A stretch of 32,000 bases of DNA from Lachnospiraceae bacterium (GTDB lineage Bacteria; Bacillota; Clostridia; Lachnospirales; Lachnospiraceae), in the NCBI GenBank assembly GCA_017432565.1, contig JAFRIW010000007.1:4147-36146 (forward strand), given 5' to 3'. Shown piece after piece: positions 7,394 to 14,782 of the stretch; position 1 is the stretch's first letter; every line of letters starts with the position of its first letter. The translations under genes and the position numbers were made by a program. A model generated the notes under the pieces. That model was not told the DNA's origin. It saw nothing but the letters and a program-made list of their open reading frames with translations, and did no database searches.

Positions 7394-7888
7394 TTGACAG
7401 ACATGCTGAAAAACATGAAGATCATTAATTATTTCGAGAGCGGGAATAAAGAGCACTGGCTGGATGAGATCGGAAGGGCCGACTGGAGTGCGGCGGCCTC
7501 TCTGCACAGGCAGCTGAGCGGCGGCACCTTTCTCGGTTCTGCGGGGGAGAACTCCAAAGTACTGCTGCTGACGGACGGTGACGAGCTGGTCTCATTTTGC
7601 ACCTATGCGGGAACTGACGATATCCGACCGGTGGAGCTGACGCCGTGGATGGGATATGTTTTTACGTTCCCGGAGCACAGGGGGCATCACTACGCTGGCA
7701 TCCTGATGGACGAAGTCTCACGGCTGGCGGCGGCGGACGGCGCGGACGCGTTCTATATTTCGACCGGCCATACAGGCCTGTACGAAAAGTACGGCTGCGA
7801 GTATCTGACGGAAATGGAGAACATGAACGGCGGGATCTCACGGGTGTATGTAAAGAAGATCGGGGCCCCGGAAAATGCAGATCAATAG
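7394..7888 (+). CDS. GNAT-family N-acetyltransferase
   Basis: Contains WMGYVFTFPEHRGHHYAGILMDEVSRLAAADGADAFYISTGHTGLYEKYGCEYL, an acetyl-CoA binding-type core. GGAGG at 7384-7388 is followed by TTG at 7394; the in-frame ATG at 7403 is an alternative start. A TATAAT box lies at about 7371-7376. Confidence 0.8.
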   Translation: MTDMLKNMKIINYFESGNKEHWLDEIGRADWSAAASLHRQLSGGTFLGSAGENSKVLLLTDGDELVSFCTYAGTDDIRPVELTPWMGYVFTFPEHRGHHYAGILMDEVSRLAAADGADAFYISTGHTGLYEKYGCEYLTEMENMNGGISRVYVKKIGAPENADQ

Positions 7889-7889
7889 A

Positions 7890-7924
7890 AAAGCGGCTGC
7901 ACCATCTACTGTGATGCAGCCGCC
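7890..7924 (-). terminator. Terminator of PepSY copy 2; also lies directly after the GNAT stop codon, so possibly bidirectional
   Basis: gcggctgca (7893-7901) pairs with tgcagccgc (7915-7923). On the minus strand the stem is followed by ttttct. It is homologous to the hairpin at 4635-4665. Confidence 0.6.
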
Positions 7925-7948
7925 TGTATTATTTGTGGGGAGGGGGGA

Positions 7949-8293
7949 TCAGTCACCCCAGTCGCTCTCGAAGCTGAGGATCTGTCCGCTGATAGCGTCG
8001 ATGTCGTAGTTGTACTCGGTCCAGCCGACATGGAACTCGACTTCGTAGATCTGCCAGCCGTCATCATAGTCAAGCTTGACCTTCGGCCATGTGACGTCTT
8101 TCTTGGTCACACCTGCGTGATCCATTGCGATCTGCAGTGCATCATCCTTTGTGATGCATTCCTGAACAGCGACTGCTGCGGGCTGCTGACAGCCTCTTCC
8201 GGTTGCCTGCACCGGAGCTGCTGCGAAAACCGGCAGTGCTGCGCTCATTGTCATAACGGTGATAACTGCTGCTGCGAACATCTTCTTCATCAT
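7949..8293 (-). CDS. Secreted PepSY-domain protein (copy 2)
   Basis: The track ORF 7949..8383 is trimmed to MMKKMF at 8293, preceded by GGGAGGcacaccATGATG. By eye it is about 85 percent identical in protein to copy 1 (same signal peptide, and DDGWQIYEVEFHVGWTEYNYDID is shared). Confidence 0.85.
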   Translation of the reverse strand: MMKKMFAAAVITVMTMSAALPVFAAAPVQATGRGCQQPAAVAVQECITKDDALQIAMDHAGVTKKDVTWPKVKLDYDDGWQIYEVEFHVGWTEYNYDIDAISGQILSFESDWGD

Positions 8294-8430
8294 GGTGTGC
8301 CTCCCTTTTCTCCGATTCCGATCGGTCAATTTTCTTGTTTTTTCCTGCTTTCTATGGTTAAACTTTAACATGTTGTATATCACAGAAATGTCACACGGAT
8401 TCTGTGCGTTTTTCGGAGGGATTACAAAAC

Positions 8431-9213
8431 ATGGAAGGCAGCGAAAAAGGAATGAACGGCATGCCGCCGGAGGGCGGGGAAAAAAGAATGGACTTCATGC
8501 AGCCGGAGGGCGGGGAACAGTTTCTTGAGTGTGAGAAGGTGTGGGTCTATCATCTGCTGATTATGGCGGCGGGATGGTTCGGCGCGTATACGTTTCTCCT
8601 GAGAGGAGGCGTATTTTGCAATGCCCAGACGGCGAATGTGGTGCTGTTCGCGATGGCGCTCGGCAACGGGGAGTGGTCCAAAGCCGCGTATCTGCTGCTG
8701 CCGATCGGGGCATATTTTGCCGGCGCATTCATCTCGGAATATCTGGGCAAAAGTGTGAAGCGGCTGCATTTTCTGCGATTCGACACAATGCTCGTCGGCT
8801 TCGAGGCGCTGGTCGTGATTTTGCTCGGATTTATGCCGGCGAGGTGGCCGGATCAGATCTGCCAGGTCGCGCTGAATTTCATCTGTTCCATGCAGTTCAA
8901 TACGTTCCGGCAGGTGCAGGGCGTGCCGGTGGCGACGACGTTTGTGACGAATCATATCCGGCAGGTCGGGCATTACTCGGCAAAACTCCTGCGGCATCAC
9001 ACGCAGGAGAACCGGGACCGGATTGCAATTCACGGTCAGCTGATTCTGTATTTCATTGTCGGGGCGGTGGTGTCGACGGTGTGCTGCCGGCTGTTTGCGC
9101 TTCGGTCGATCTGGGGCAGCGCGCTGCTGTTGGGCGTGGTTTTCTGCGGGCTCGCCAGGGCGGACCGCGGAAATGAGCGGGGTATGATGGAGAAGGTCCC
9201 GCACGGGCACTGA
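8431..9213 (+). CDS. YoaK / DUF1275 family membrane protein
   Basis: Contains WFGAYTFLLRGGVFCNAQTANVVLFAMAL and multiple TM segments. I chose the ATG at 8431 because GGAGGG lies 10 nt upstream; the track gives 8404. The N-terminal tail has an internal repeat (GMPPEGGEK / FMQPEGGEQ). Confidence 0.78.
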   Translation: MEGSEKGMNGMPPEGGEKRMDFMQPEGGEQFLECEKVWVYHLLIMAAGWFGAYTFLLRGGVFCNAQTANVVLFAMALGNGEWSKAAYLLLPIGAYFAGAFISEYLGKSVKRLHFLRFDTMLVGFEALVVILLGFMPARWPDQICQVALNFICSMQFNTFRQVQGVPVATTFVTNHIRQVGHYSAKLLRHHTQENRDRIAIHGQLILYFIVGAVVSTVCCRLFALRSIWGSALLLGVVFCGLARADRGNERGMMEKVPHGH

Positions 9214-9252
9214 TAGGGAAATTGTGTTATAAGGAAGCGTATGGTCGCTGAA

Positions 9253-9594
9253 TCAGTACGGAATCCAGCGGCCGTCCTTCAGCGTTTCGTAACTTCCCCA
9301 TTCCGGCTTTCCGGTATCCCGGCCTTTTACGCGAAGGGGAATGAACGCATCATGCTGACAGCCGGGCAGGGGATCATCCAGTTCGATCCAGCCGTTATCA
9401 TCGATCAGTTCATTCCAGTCAGCATACAGATTTTCAAGAGAATCGTAGCAGCGGTCGGATGAACATTGAACTGCGTCCGGAGCAGAATACTCGAAAAGAT
9501 AAAATCCTTCTTCGGCTTCGTACAGCATGATTTTGTATGTGAAGGTGTTCTCGTCAATTTTCAGAGGCTCTCTGAGCCGCGCATATTTTCTCAT
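9253..9594 (-). CDS. Hypothetical small acidic protein; third gene of the Zn-ribbon operon
   Basis: 113-aa ORF starting 7 nt after the stop of the upstream gene. I recognise no family (…EEGFYLFEYSAPDAVQ…DDNGWIELDDPLPG…GKPEWGSYETLKDGRWIPY). Confidence 0.6.
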   Translation of the reverse strand: MRKYARLREPLKIDENTFTYKIMLYEAEEGFYLFEYSAPDAVQCSSDRCYDSLENLYADWNELIDDNGWIELDDPLPGCQHDAFIPLRVKGRDTGKPEWGSYETLKDGRWIPY

Positions 9595-9601
9595 ATCTGC
9601 A

Positions 9602-10171
9602 TCAATCTCTCACGATCAGGTCTCCGGCTTCACAGGCCAGGTTTTTTCCACTGAATACGAGCGCACACGAGTTGCCGCCGGTACCCTGACAATCAGAAAC
9701 GCCGGCGCCATAAAACTCAAGCCTTTTGATGCCGGTCAGGGTTATGTCGGAAGCGCTGCCTTTGTGCAGCAGTCTTGCTTTATCCTCGGGATCGAAGCAG
9801 CCGTAGATCACTCTGCCGCAGGCATAGATGATCGGGGGTTTTAAAAAGCCTCCTTTTTCTGTCGTCACACTCTCGACCGCAAAAGCAGCGTTATGATGAT
9901 CATATTTTGCGCGTAATTCTTCTGTATATGCGATCACATTTTCCAAAGCTTTTCCGGCTTCTTCCGGGGAAAGCTCTTCTATGGGATCATGCCGTACTTC
10001 ATTTCCCTTTTTATCCCATGTAAGGGACAGCGGATACATTACCCGGATCTTACCGGTACAGAGGCTGCAGATATGACCTCCGTCTCTGAGGCGGCCGTAT
10101 CCTTCATTCGGAAGGAGCGCTCTGCCGCAAAGGGAACAGAATCCCTTCTCTATTGATTTGATTTTTGCCAT
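9602..10171 (-). CDS. Hypothetical protein with an N-terminal 4-Cys zinc ribbon (DUF4428-like) and a C-terminal beta-barrel-like domain; paralog of the upstream gene
   Basis: Ribosome binding site AAAGGAGcgttgaaaATG. Zn-ribbon motif CSLCGRALLPNEGYGRLRDGGHICSLC. Central ELRAKYDHHNAAFAVESV and C-terminal CGRVIYG...AGDLIVRD align with ELEAKYGTHKAIFEVDKI and GGRVLMG...PGDILLID of the 10190..11101 product. Confidence 0.75.
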   Translation of the reverse strand: MAKIKSIEKGFCSLCGRALLPNEGYGRLRDGGHICSLCTGKIRVMYPLSLTWDKKGNEVRHDPIEELSPEEAGKALENVIAYTEELRAKYDHHNAAFAVESVTTEKGGFLKPPIIYACGRVIYGCFDPEDKARLLHKGSASDITLTGIKRLEFYGAGVSDCQGTGGNSCALVFSGKNLACEAGDLIVRD

Positions 10172-10189
10172 TTTCAACGCTCCTTTCTG

Positions 10190-11101
10190 TCAGTCGATTA
10201 AAAGAATGTCGCCGGGATAGACAAAGGACAGGGAAGACTCCACGAACAGGCCGCCCTCCTGGCCTTCTTTCAGTTCTTTCAGATCGCTGATATATTCCCT
10301 GCAGTCTCCGAGTTTCCGGATCAGGAGTTCTTTTGTTCCTTCCGCTCTTTTTACCACGGCCTGATCCCGAAGGGTGATATTGCCCATCAGGACACGTCCG
10401 CCGATACGGTATTCATTGCGATAATACTTGTGCCCTTTGCTATCGTTGTAAAGCTTCTTGATTTTGTCGACTTCAAAAATCGCTTTATGGGTGCCGTATT
10501 TTGCCTCAAGCTCCGCCCGGCGCTGCTTGGCAAGAGCCGGCGCTGCCTGCAGATCCTCATCACTGAGGGAATCAAGCGGGTCAATGAATGCCACATCATA
10601 TCCGTCTTCACCGGGCACCTCCAGGAGGGTATGGATCAACGGATATACGATGCGAAGTGAATCCGCGTCGTAAAAGACTCCGCTTGCATCCGCCCGTCCG
10701 CCCCGGACAGCTGCCCGCTGAAAAAGCGGCAAAATTTCGGAAAGACACTTACAGCCTATCGCGCCGTAGCCCGTATGCATCAGGGCCGCAGCTTTTTGTG
10801 CGCAGCCCATACAGATGTATGCATCCAAAAGCCGCATGTGCATGAGCTTAGGCAGCTTCTCTCCGCAGATCGGGCAGGTTTCCGGCTTCTTTACGCTGTC
10901 ATAGGCAGCGATGGCGTCGGCATATTTGTTCAGTTTTGCACGGATTTTAGCAGCAGGAAGGTAATCTTCTTCATCCTCTTCAAATACAAGACGCACTTTC
11001 TTTTCGCACTCATTACAGTAATCCCCATCCTTGCAGATGTTGCCCAGGCCTTTAAATTCTTTACCGCATACAGGGCATATCTTTGTTTTCATTATTGCCA
11101 T
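10190..11101 (-). CDS. Hypothetical protein with two 4-Cys zinc ribbons (DUF4428-like) and a C-terminal beta-barrel-like domain
   Basis: Zn-ribbon motifs CPVCGKEFKGLGNICKDGDYCNEC and CPICGEKLPKLMHMRLLDAYICMGC. I prefer the ATG at 11101 (AGAGG lies 9 nt upstream) to the GTG at 11110. The stop is 18 nt before the next gene's start. GC is lower than in the flanks. Confidence 0.75.
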   Translation of the reverse strand: MAIMKTKICPVCGKEFKGLGNICKDGDYCNECEKKVRLVFEEDEEDYLPAAKIRAKLNKYADAIAAYDSVKKPETCPICGEKLPKLMHMRLLDAYICMGCAQKAAALMHTGYGAIGCKCLSEILPLFQRAAVRGGRADASGVFYDADSLRIVYPLIHTLLEVPGEDGYDVAFIDPLDSLSDEDLQAAPALAKQRRAELEAKYGTHKAIFEVDKIKKLYNDSKGHKYYRNEYRIGGRVLMGNITLRDQAVVKRAEGTKELLIRKLGDCREYISDLKELKEGQEGGLFVESSLSFVYPGDILLID

Positions 11102-11127
11102 ATCACTCACCCTCTTTCAGAACGAGA

Positions 11128-11152
11128 AATCCTGCATTTCAATCCTGCATTT
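11128..11152. promoter_or_regulatory. Tandem 12-mer AATCCTGCATTT x2 (13-bp period) in the divergent promoter region; candidate XRE operator
   Basis: Copies lie at 11128-11139 and 11141-11152. A third CCTGCAT at 11206-11212 abuts a TATAAT box at 11217-11222. The operator role is inference. Confidence 0.3.
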
Positions 11153-11266
11153 TCTGGTTTCATTCTAAATCAAATTCTATTCACAGAAAAGAAAAACCAC
11201 TATACCCTGCATGAGATATAATGAGATGAACGAGCAGGCATGAAGATGGTCCGGAAGGAGGCAATC

Positions 11267-11788
11267 ATGGCACGGGCGTCTAAGAAGGAAAATAAGACGG
11301 TATATCAGCTGCGGCGCGAGGAGCTGGGGCTGAGCCGGGACAAGGCGAGTGAGCTGCTGGAGGTGATTCCGCCGGAGCGGATCGAGCGGATCGAGAGCGG
11401 GAAGTTCACGGCGCATCCGGATGAAGTGCTGGTGATGGCCGAAAAGTATGGCGCGCCTCAGCTGTGCAACGAGTACTGTGCAAACGAGTGTGAGATCGGC
11501 AAACGCTATGTCACGCCGATCCGGATGAAGGATCTCTCACAGATCGTGTTGGAAATGCTTGCTTCCGTGAACGCGGCAAAGCGGCTCCAGGAGGAGCTGA
11601 TCGAGATCACATCGGACGGTGTCATCCAGGCCGAAGAGATGGAAGATTTTGTCCGGATCCAGGACGAAGTCGGGAAGATTTCCGTTGCGGCGAAGACGCT
11701 GCAGCTGTGGGTGGAGCAAAAGATTGCGGCCGGCGAGATCGACGAGGAAGCGTACAAAGCCTGCCGGGAGGCCAGTGGTACGCAATAG
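11267..11788 (+). CDS. XRE-family helix-turn-helix transcriptional regulator with a Cys-containing C-terminal extension
   Basis: Ribosome binding site GGAGGcaatcATG. The HTH region is TVYQLRREELGLSRDKASELLEVIPPERIERIESGK, followed by LCNEYCANECEIGKRY and a helical tail. Confidence 0.85.
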   Translation: MARASKKENKTVYQLRREELGLSRDKASELLEVIPPERIERIESGKFTAHPDEVLVMAEKYGAPQLCNEYCANECEIGKRYVTPIRMKDLSQIVLEMLASVNAAKRLQEELIEITSDGVIQAEEMEDFVRIQDEVGKISVAAKTLQLWVEQKIAAGEIDEEAYKACREASGTQ

Positions 11789-11960
11789 GCTCCTTCTTTT
11801 GCGGCAGGCACGAAAAATGAAAAAACACATATTTTGCAGTATTTGTGCAAATGGGGGCGGTTATTGCCCACTTCCTGTGATGTTGAAGCCTGAACCCGGA
11901 CGATAGAATGATCCTGTAACAACCGAAGGGATTCTGATTGGTTCTAAGGGAGGTACAGGA

Positions 11961-12101
11961 ATGAAAGGAATGTGGAAGATTATACTGATTGCTCTGGTTG
12001 TGAGCTACGTTGTTTCTCCGGATATCATGCCGGGACCGATTGATGACATCCTTGTAATGCTGCTTGGTATGGCAGCACAGAAAAAACTGACAGCAGCCTG
12101 A
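11961..12101 (+). CDS. Small (46 aa) membrane protein with a DUF1232/YkvA-like SPxD..P..IDD motif
   Basis: Not in the track because it is under 60 aa. It has a strong ribosome binding site, aaGGGAGGtacaggaATG. The sequence is MKGMWKIILIALVVSYVVSPDIMPGPIDDILVMLLGMAAQKKLTAA. Confidence 0.5.
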   Translation: MKGMWKIILIALVVSYVVSPDIMPGPIDDILVMLLGMAAQKKLTAA

Positions 12102-12103
12102 AA

Positions 12104-12169
12104 GAGTCAGGGGGACAGGTCCGGTGACTCATTGCGCACAATGAGTCACCGGACCTGTCCCCCTGACTC
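12104..12169. repeat. Perfect inverted repeat with 31-bp arms (hairpin, 4-nt loop) between convergent genes; possible bidirectional terminator
   Basis: gagtcagggggacaggtccggtgactcattg (12104-12134), loop cgca, then caatgagtcaccggacctgtccccctgactc (12139-12169). I checked the arms base by base as exact reverse complements. There is no flanking T-run. The arm end ccccctgactc is repeated directly at 12170-12180. Confidence 0.9.
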
Positions 12170-12178
12170 CCCCCTGAC

Positions 12179-12604
12179 TCACATGCAGTCCTCGCAGAGG
12201 CCGTAGAAGACGGTGCGCATGGGATTGAGTCTGAAGTTGTGTTCGGCGAGGAGGTGGGCTTGGATTTCCTCCAGCTCGTCGCAGTGGAGGTGGATGAGTC
12301 TGCCGCACTTCTCGCATTTGCAGTGGAAGCAGATTTCTGTTTCGGCGTGCTGCTCCGGGCTGATGTATTCAAAACAGGCCGGGCTGCTTCCGTCGATGAT
12401 GTATTTGTTAATGATGCCTTCGTCGACGAAGCTCTCGAGCTGCCGGTAGATGGTGGACTGGCCGATGGTGATGCCGTGAAGCTTGAAATACTCGTAGACG
12501 TCTGCGGCAGTGAAGTGCACGCCGGGGACGGATTCGAAATATTCGAGCAGGATGGCACGCTGCTTTGTTTTATATTTTGAACGGATACTTGTGTTTGTCT
12601 TCAT
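12179..12604 (-). CDS. Fur-family metalloregulator (Fur/Zur/PerR type)
   Basis: Contains QRAILLEYFESVPGVHFTAADVYEYF...GQSTIYRQLESFVDEG and two CxxC pairs (CKCEKC, CEDC). I chose the ATG at 12604 (141 aa); the track's start at 12646 is possible. Neither has a good ribosome binding site. Confidence 0.85.
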   Translation of the reverse strand: MKTNTSIRSKYKTKQRAILLEYFESVPGVHFTAADVYEYFKLHGITIGQSTIYRQLESFVDEGIINKYIIDGSSPACFEYISPEQHAETEICFHCKCEKCGRLIHLHCDELEEIQAHLLAEHNFRLNPMRTVFYGLCEDCM

Positions 12605-12642
12605 GGCGGTTACTCTGTGTGAATTTGGGAACTTTAACGTTT

Positions 12643-12654
12643 TCATTCTAATGA
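12643..12654. promoter_or_regulatory. Candidate Fur-family box (TCATT-ct-AATGA) in an AT-rich divergent promoter region
   Basis: An inverted repeat with 5-bp arms sits in the AT-rich context gttttcattctaatgagatttta. It lies between the Fur-family gene and the DUF4097 lipoprotein gene. This is a weak call. Confidence 0.25.
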
Positions 12655-12788
12655 GATTTTAATTCAGATTCAATTCCGATTTCATCTTTGTGCGATAAAT
12701 TGCTATCATCAGGTTGATGAAAGCGGCACGGGTGCTTCAGGAAACGCAGAGCGCGGCTGCTTCAGGATTAAAGAGGAGAGAGAAGGAA

Positions 12789-13577
12789 ATGAGACAGACA
12801 GACTTAAGACTAAATGGCAGAGTAATTCGGAATGGCGCGCTGGTGCTTCTGCTGGCGGCAATCATCTTTACGCACACGGGGTGCACGTTCCACATTTACG
12901 GCGGCCCGCGCTTCGGAACTTACAAGAATGCGTCGAGCTACAAGACCGGTGAATTTGATTATGAGGCAAAAGATGTCAAGGAGGTCGAAGTCAACTGGAT
13001 CGATGCGGACATCACGGTCAAGCAGAGCAATGCCGGCACGCTGCATGTTTCGGAGACGGACACAGGCCTGAAAAAAGGACAGAAGATGCATTGGCTGGTC
13101 GACGGCGACAAGCTGATTGTGCAGTACTGCGAGAGCGGATACAAAGGAAAGAAGTTCCCGGCCGGCTCGAAGAAGCTGAGCATCGAGATTCCGGAGGATG
13201 TAGATCTGCAGATCTCCGGCGTGAGCGCCGAGGTGACCCTCGAGGGCAGCCAGGTTTTGCAAAATCTGAAGGTCGACACAGTTTCCGGCGAGGTGAAGGC
13301 TGAGGATGTGACGCTGTCCGGAAAGGCAGATATCGATTCTGTTTCGGGCGATGCGACTCTCGGGCTTGCGGACTGCGACAAGGCGGAGCTGAACAGTGTC
13401 AGCGGCGATTTCCACCTGACAGAGCTTCCGGCGGGCGGCGCGACCATCAAATATGACACCGTGAGCGGCAGTGTGCACGCCGCGGACTACACGATGAACG
13501 ACAAGGAGTACGTCTTTGGCGGCGGTGATTGCAAAATCAGTGTGGAAACCGTGAGCGGCGATCTGAGTGTGGAGTGA
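12789..13577 (+). CDS. DUF4097-family (putative adhesin-like beta-helix) lipoprotein
   Basis: Ribosome binding site aagaggagagagaaggaaATG at 12789. Lipobox-like FTHTGC. The motif is repeated as DTVSGEV, DSVSGDA, NSVSGDF, DTVSGSV and ETVSGDL. Confidence 0.8.
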   Translation: MRQTDLRLNGRVIRNGALVLLLAAIIFTHTGCTFHIYGGPRFGTYKNASSYKTGEFDYEAKDVKEVEVNWIDADITVKQSNAGTLHVSETDTGLKKGQKMHWLVDGDKLIVQYCESGYKGKKFPAGSKKLSIEIPEDVDLQISGVSAEVTLEGSQVLQNLKVDTVSGEVKAEDVTLSGKADIDSVSGDATLGLADCDKAELNSVSGDFHLTELPAGGATIKYDTVSGSVHAADYTMNDKEYVFGGGDCKISVETVSGDLSVE

Positions 13578-13621
13578 AGCTTTTCCGGGCGTGATGCCTG
13601 TTGTAAAATAGATGAAAGGTT

Positions 13622-13654
13622 GGACCGGGGTACAGTGACCTCGGTCCTTTTTTT
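13622..13654 (+). terminator. Rho-independent terminator after the DUF4097 gene
   Basis: ggaccgggg (13622-13630) pairs with cctcggtcc (13639-13647) with one mismatch. A run of 7 T follows. Confidence 0.7.
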
Positions 13655-13757
13655 CAGGAGGGGAAAGAGATGGATGAGCTGAAGCAGGCAGTGAAGTTGC
13701 CGGGAAGTCCTGTTTGTCCAGGCCGCCTGCGATCATGTCATATAAGAAAGTTGTGTA

Positions 13758-14585
13758 TCACAGCGCTCCCTTGGGGCAGTTCTTCGCGCACTCCATGCAG
13801 AGGATGCACTCGGTGCCGTTCTCGCGCTTGCGCGAGTTGTCGGTGACGTCGACGTTCATGGGGCAGATGCGCTTGCATTTGCCGCAGGAGATGCACTTTT
13901 CCTTGTCGCATTTGACGCGGAAGAGGGCAAAGTAGCTCATGGGCTTCAGAAACACGGTGACGGGGCAGATGTACTTGCAGAAAGCGCGGTTGTCCTTGAA
14001 GGCATAGGCAAGGATAATGCCGACCAGGTAATACGCGATGTTGCCGATGATGAATGCCCAGAACATGATTCGCTCAAGATTCCCGACGTGGGCCAGGAAG
14101 AGGGCGGCGACAAAGATCAGAGATGCCGCAAAGGTGATGTATCTGATCCAGCCGATCTTCTTCCGCGGCTGCGCCGGGATTTTGTACGGAAGAAAATCGA
14201 GCACCATTGCTGTCCAGCACGCGTAGCCGCACCATCCGCGGCCAAAAACAAGAGGTCCGAAGATTTTGGCAATGGCGTAGTGAATCGTTGCGGCCTCGAA
14301 GACGCCGGTGAAAAGGTAGTACCAGAAGCCTTCGATCTGCATGTTTTCCTGACAGATCAGGCCGAGGTAGACAAGCATGTATAAGCCGACAAGCAGCTGG
14401 ACGACGCGTCTGGCGTGCTTGTATTTATTGATGAACAGGACCATGCCCAGTGCGATGGACATGCCGATATAGCTGAAGTTGAACAGATAAAACGGATTGT
14501 CCTTCGTCTGCCACAGTGTTATGGCGACCGTTTCGAAAATGATCAGAATGAGCAGCGGCGGAAAGTACCTTTTCAGCTTTTCCAT
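13758..14585 (-). CDS. Membrane-bound 4Fe-4S dicluster protein (NapH/NosR C-terminal-like)
   Basis: Ribosome binding site AAGGAAGGcacacATG. Several TM helices are followed by CISCGKCKRICPMN and CILCMECAKNCP ferredoxin motifs. Confidence 0.85.
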   Translation of the reverse strand: MEKLKRYFPPLLILIIFETVAITLWQTKDNPFYLFNFSYIGMSIALGMVLFINKYKHARRVVQLLVGLYMLVYLGLICQENMQIEGFWYYLFTGVFEAATIHYAIAKIFGPLVFGRGWCGYACWTAMVLDFLPYKIPAQPRKKIGWIRYITFAASLIFVAALFLAHVGNLERIMFWAFIIGNIAYYLVGIILAYAFKDNRAFCKYICPVTVFLKPMSYFALFRVKCDKEKCISCGKCKRICPMNVDVTDNSRKRENGTECILCMECAKNCPKGAL

Positions 14586-14782
14586 GTGTGCCTTCCTTTT
14601 GGGATTCCTCTTGAGTTGCCCTGTTGGATTTCTTTTTTACAAACTGTTTCTGTACAATTATCAATTCTAACATAAGTCGATTGGAGCGGCACACTTTTCG
14701 CATCCTGCCGGGCGCTGTAAAATAGATTTATGGATTAATGCAGGAAAACAGAAGGCATCGGATACCAGGAGGACGCAGAGCG

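Noticed and set aside
12810-13736. 308-aa minus-strand ORF
   Set aside because: It is antisense to the DUF4097 lipoprotein gene, whose VSGD repeats and lipobox support the plus-strand frame.
13670-13846. 58-aa ORF with a strong-looking AGGAGGGG Shine-Dalgarno just after the 13622-13654 terminator
   Set aside because: Most of it is antisense to the Cys-rich ferredoxin end of the 4Fe-4S gene. That alone explains its Cys/Arg-rich translation. There is no independent support.
13602-14727. The identical 12-mer TGTAAAATAGAT on both sides of the 4Fe-4S gene (13602-13613 and 14716-14727), which might be a target-site duplication
   Set aside because: My rough estimate is that a few chance 12-mer matches within 2 kb are expected in a 32-kb window. 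There are no inverted repeats or mobility genes, and the flanks beyond the 12-mer do not align.
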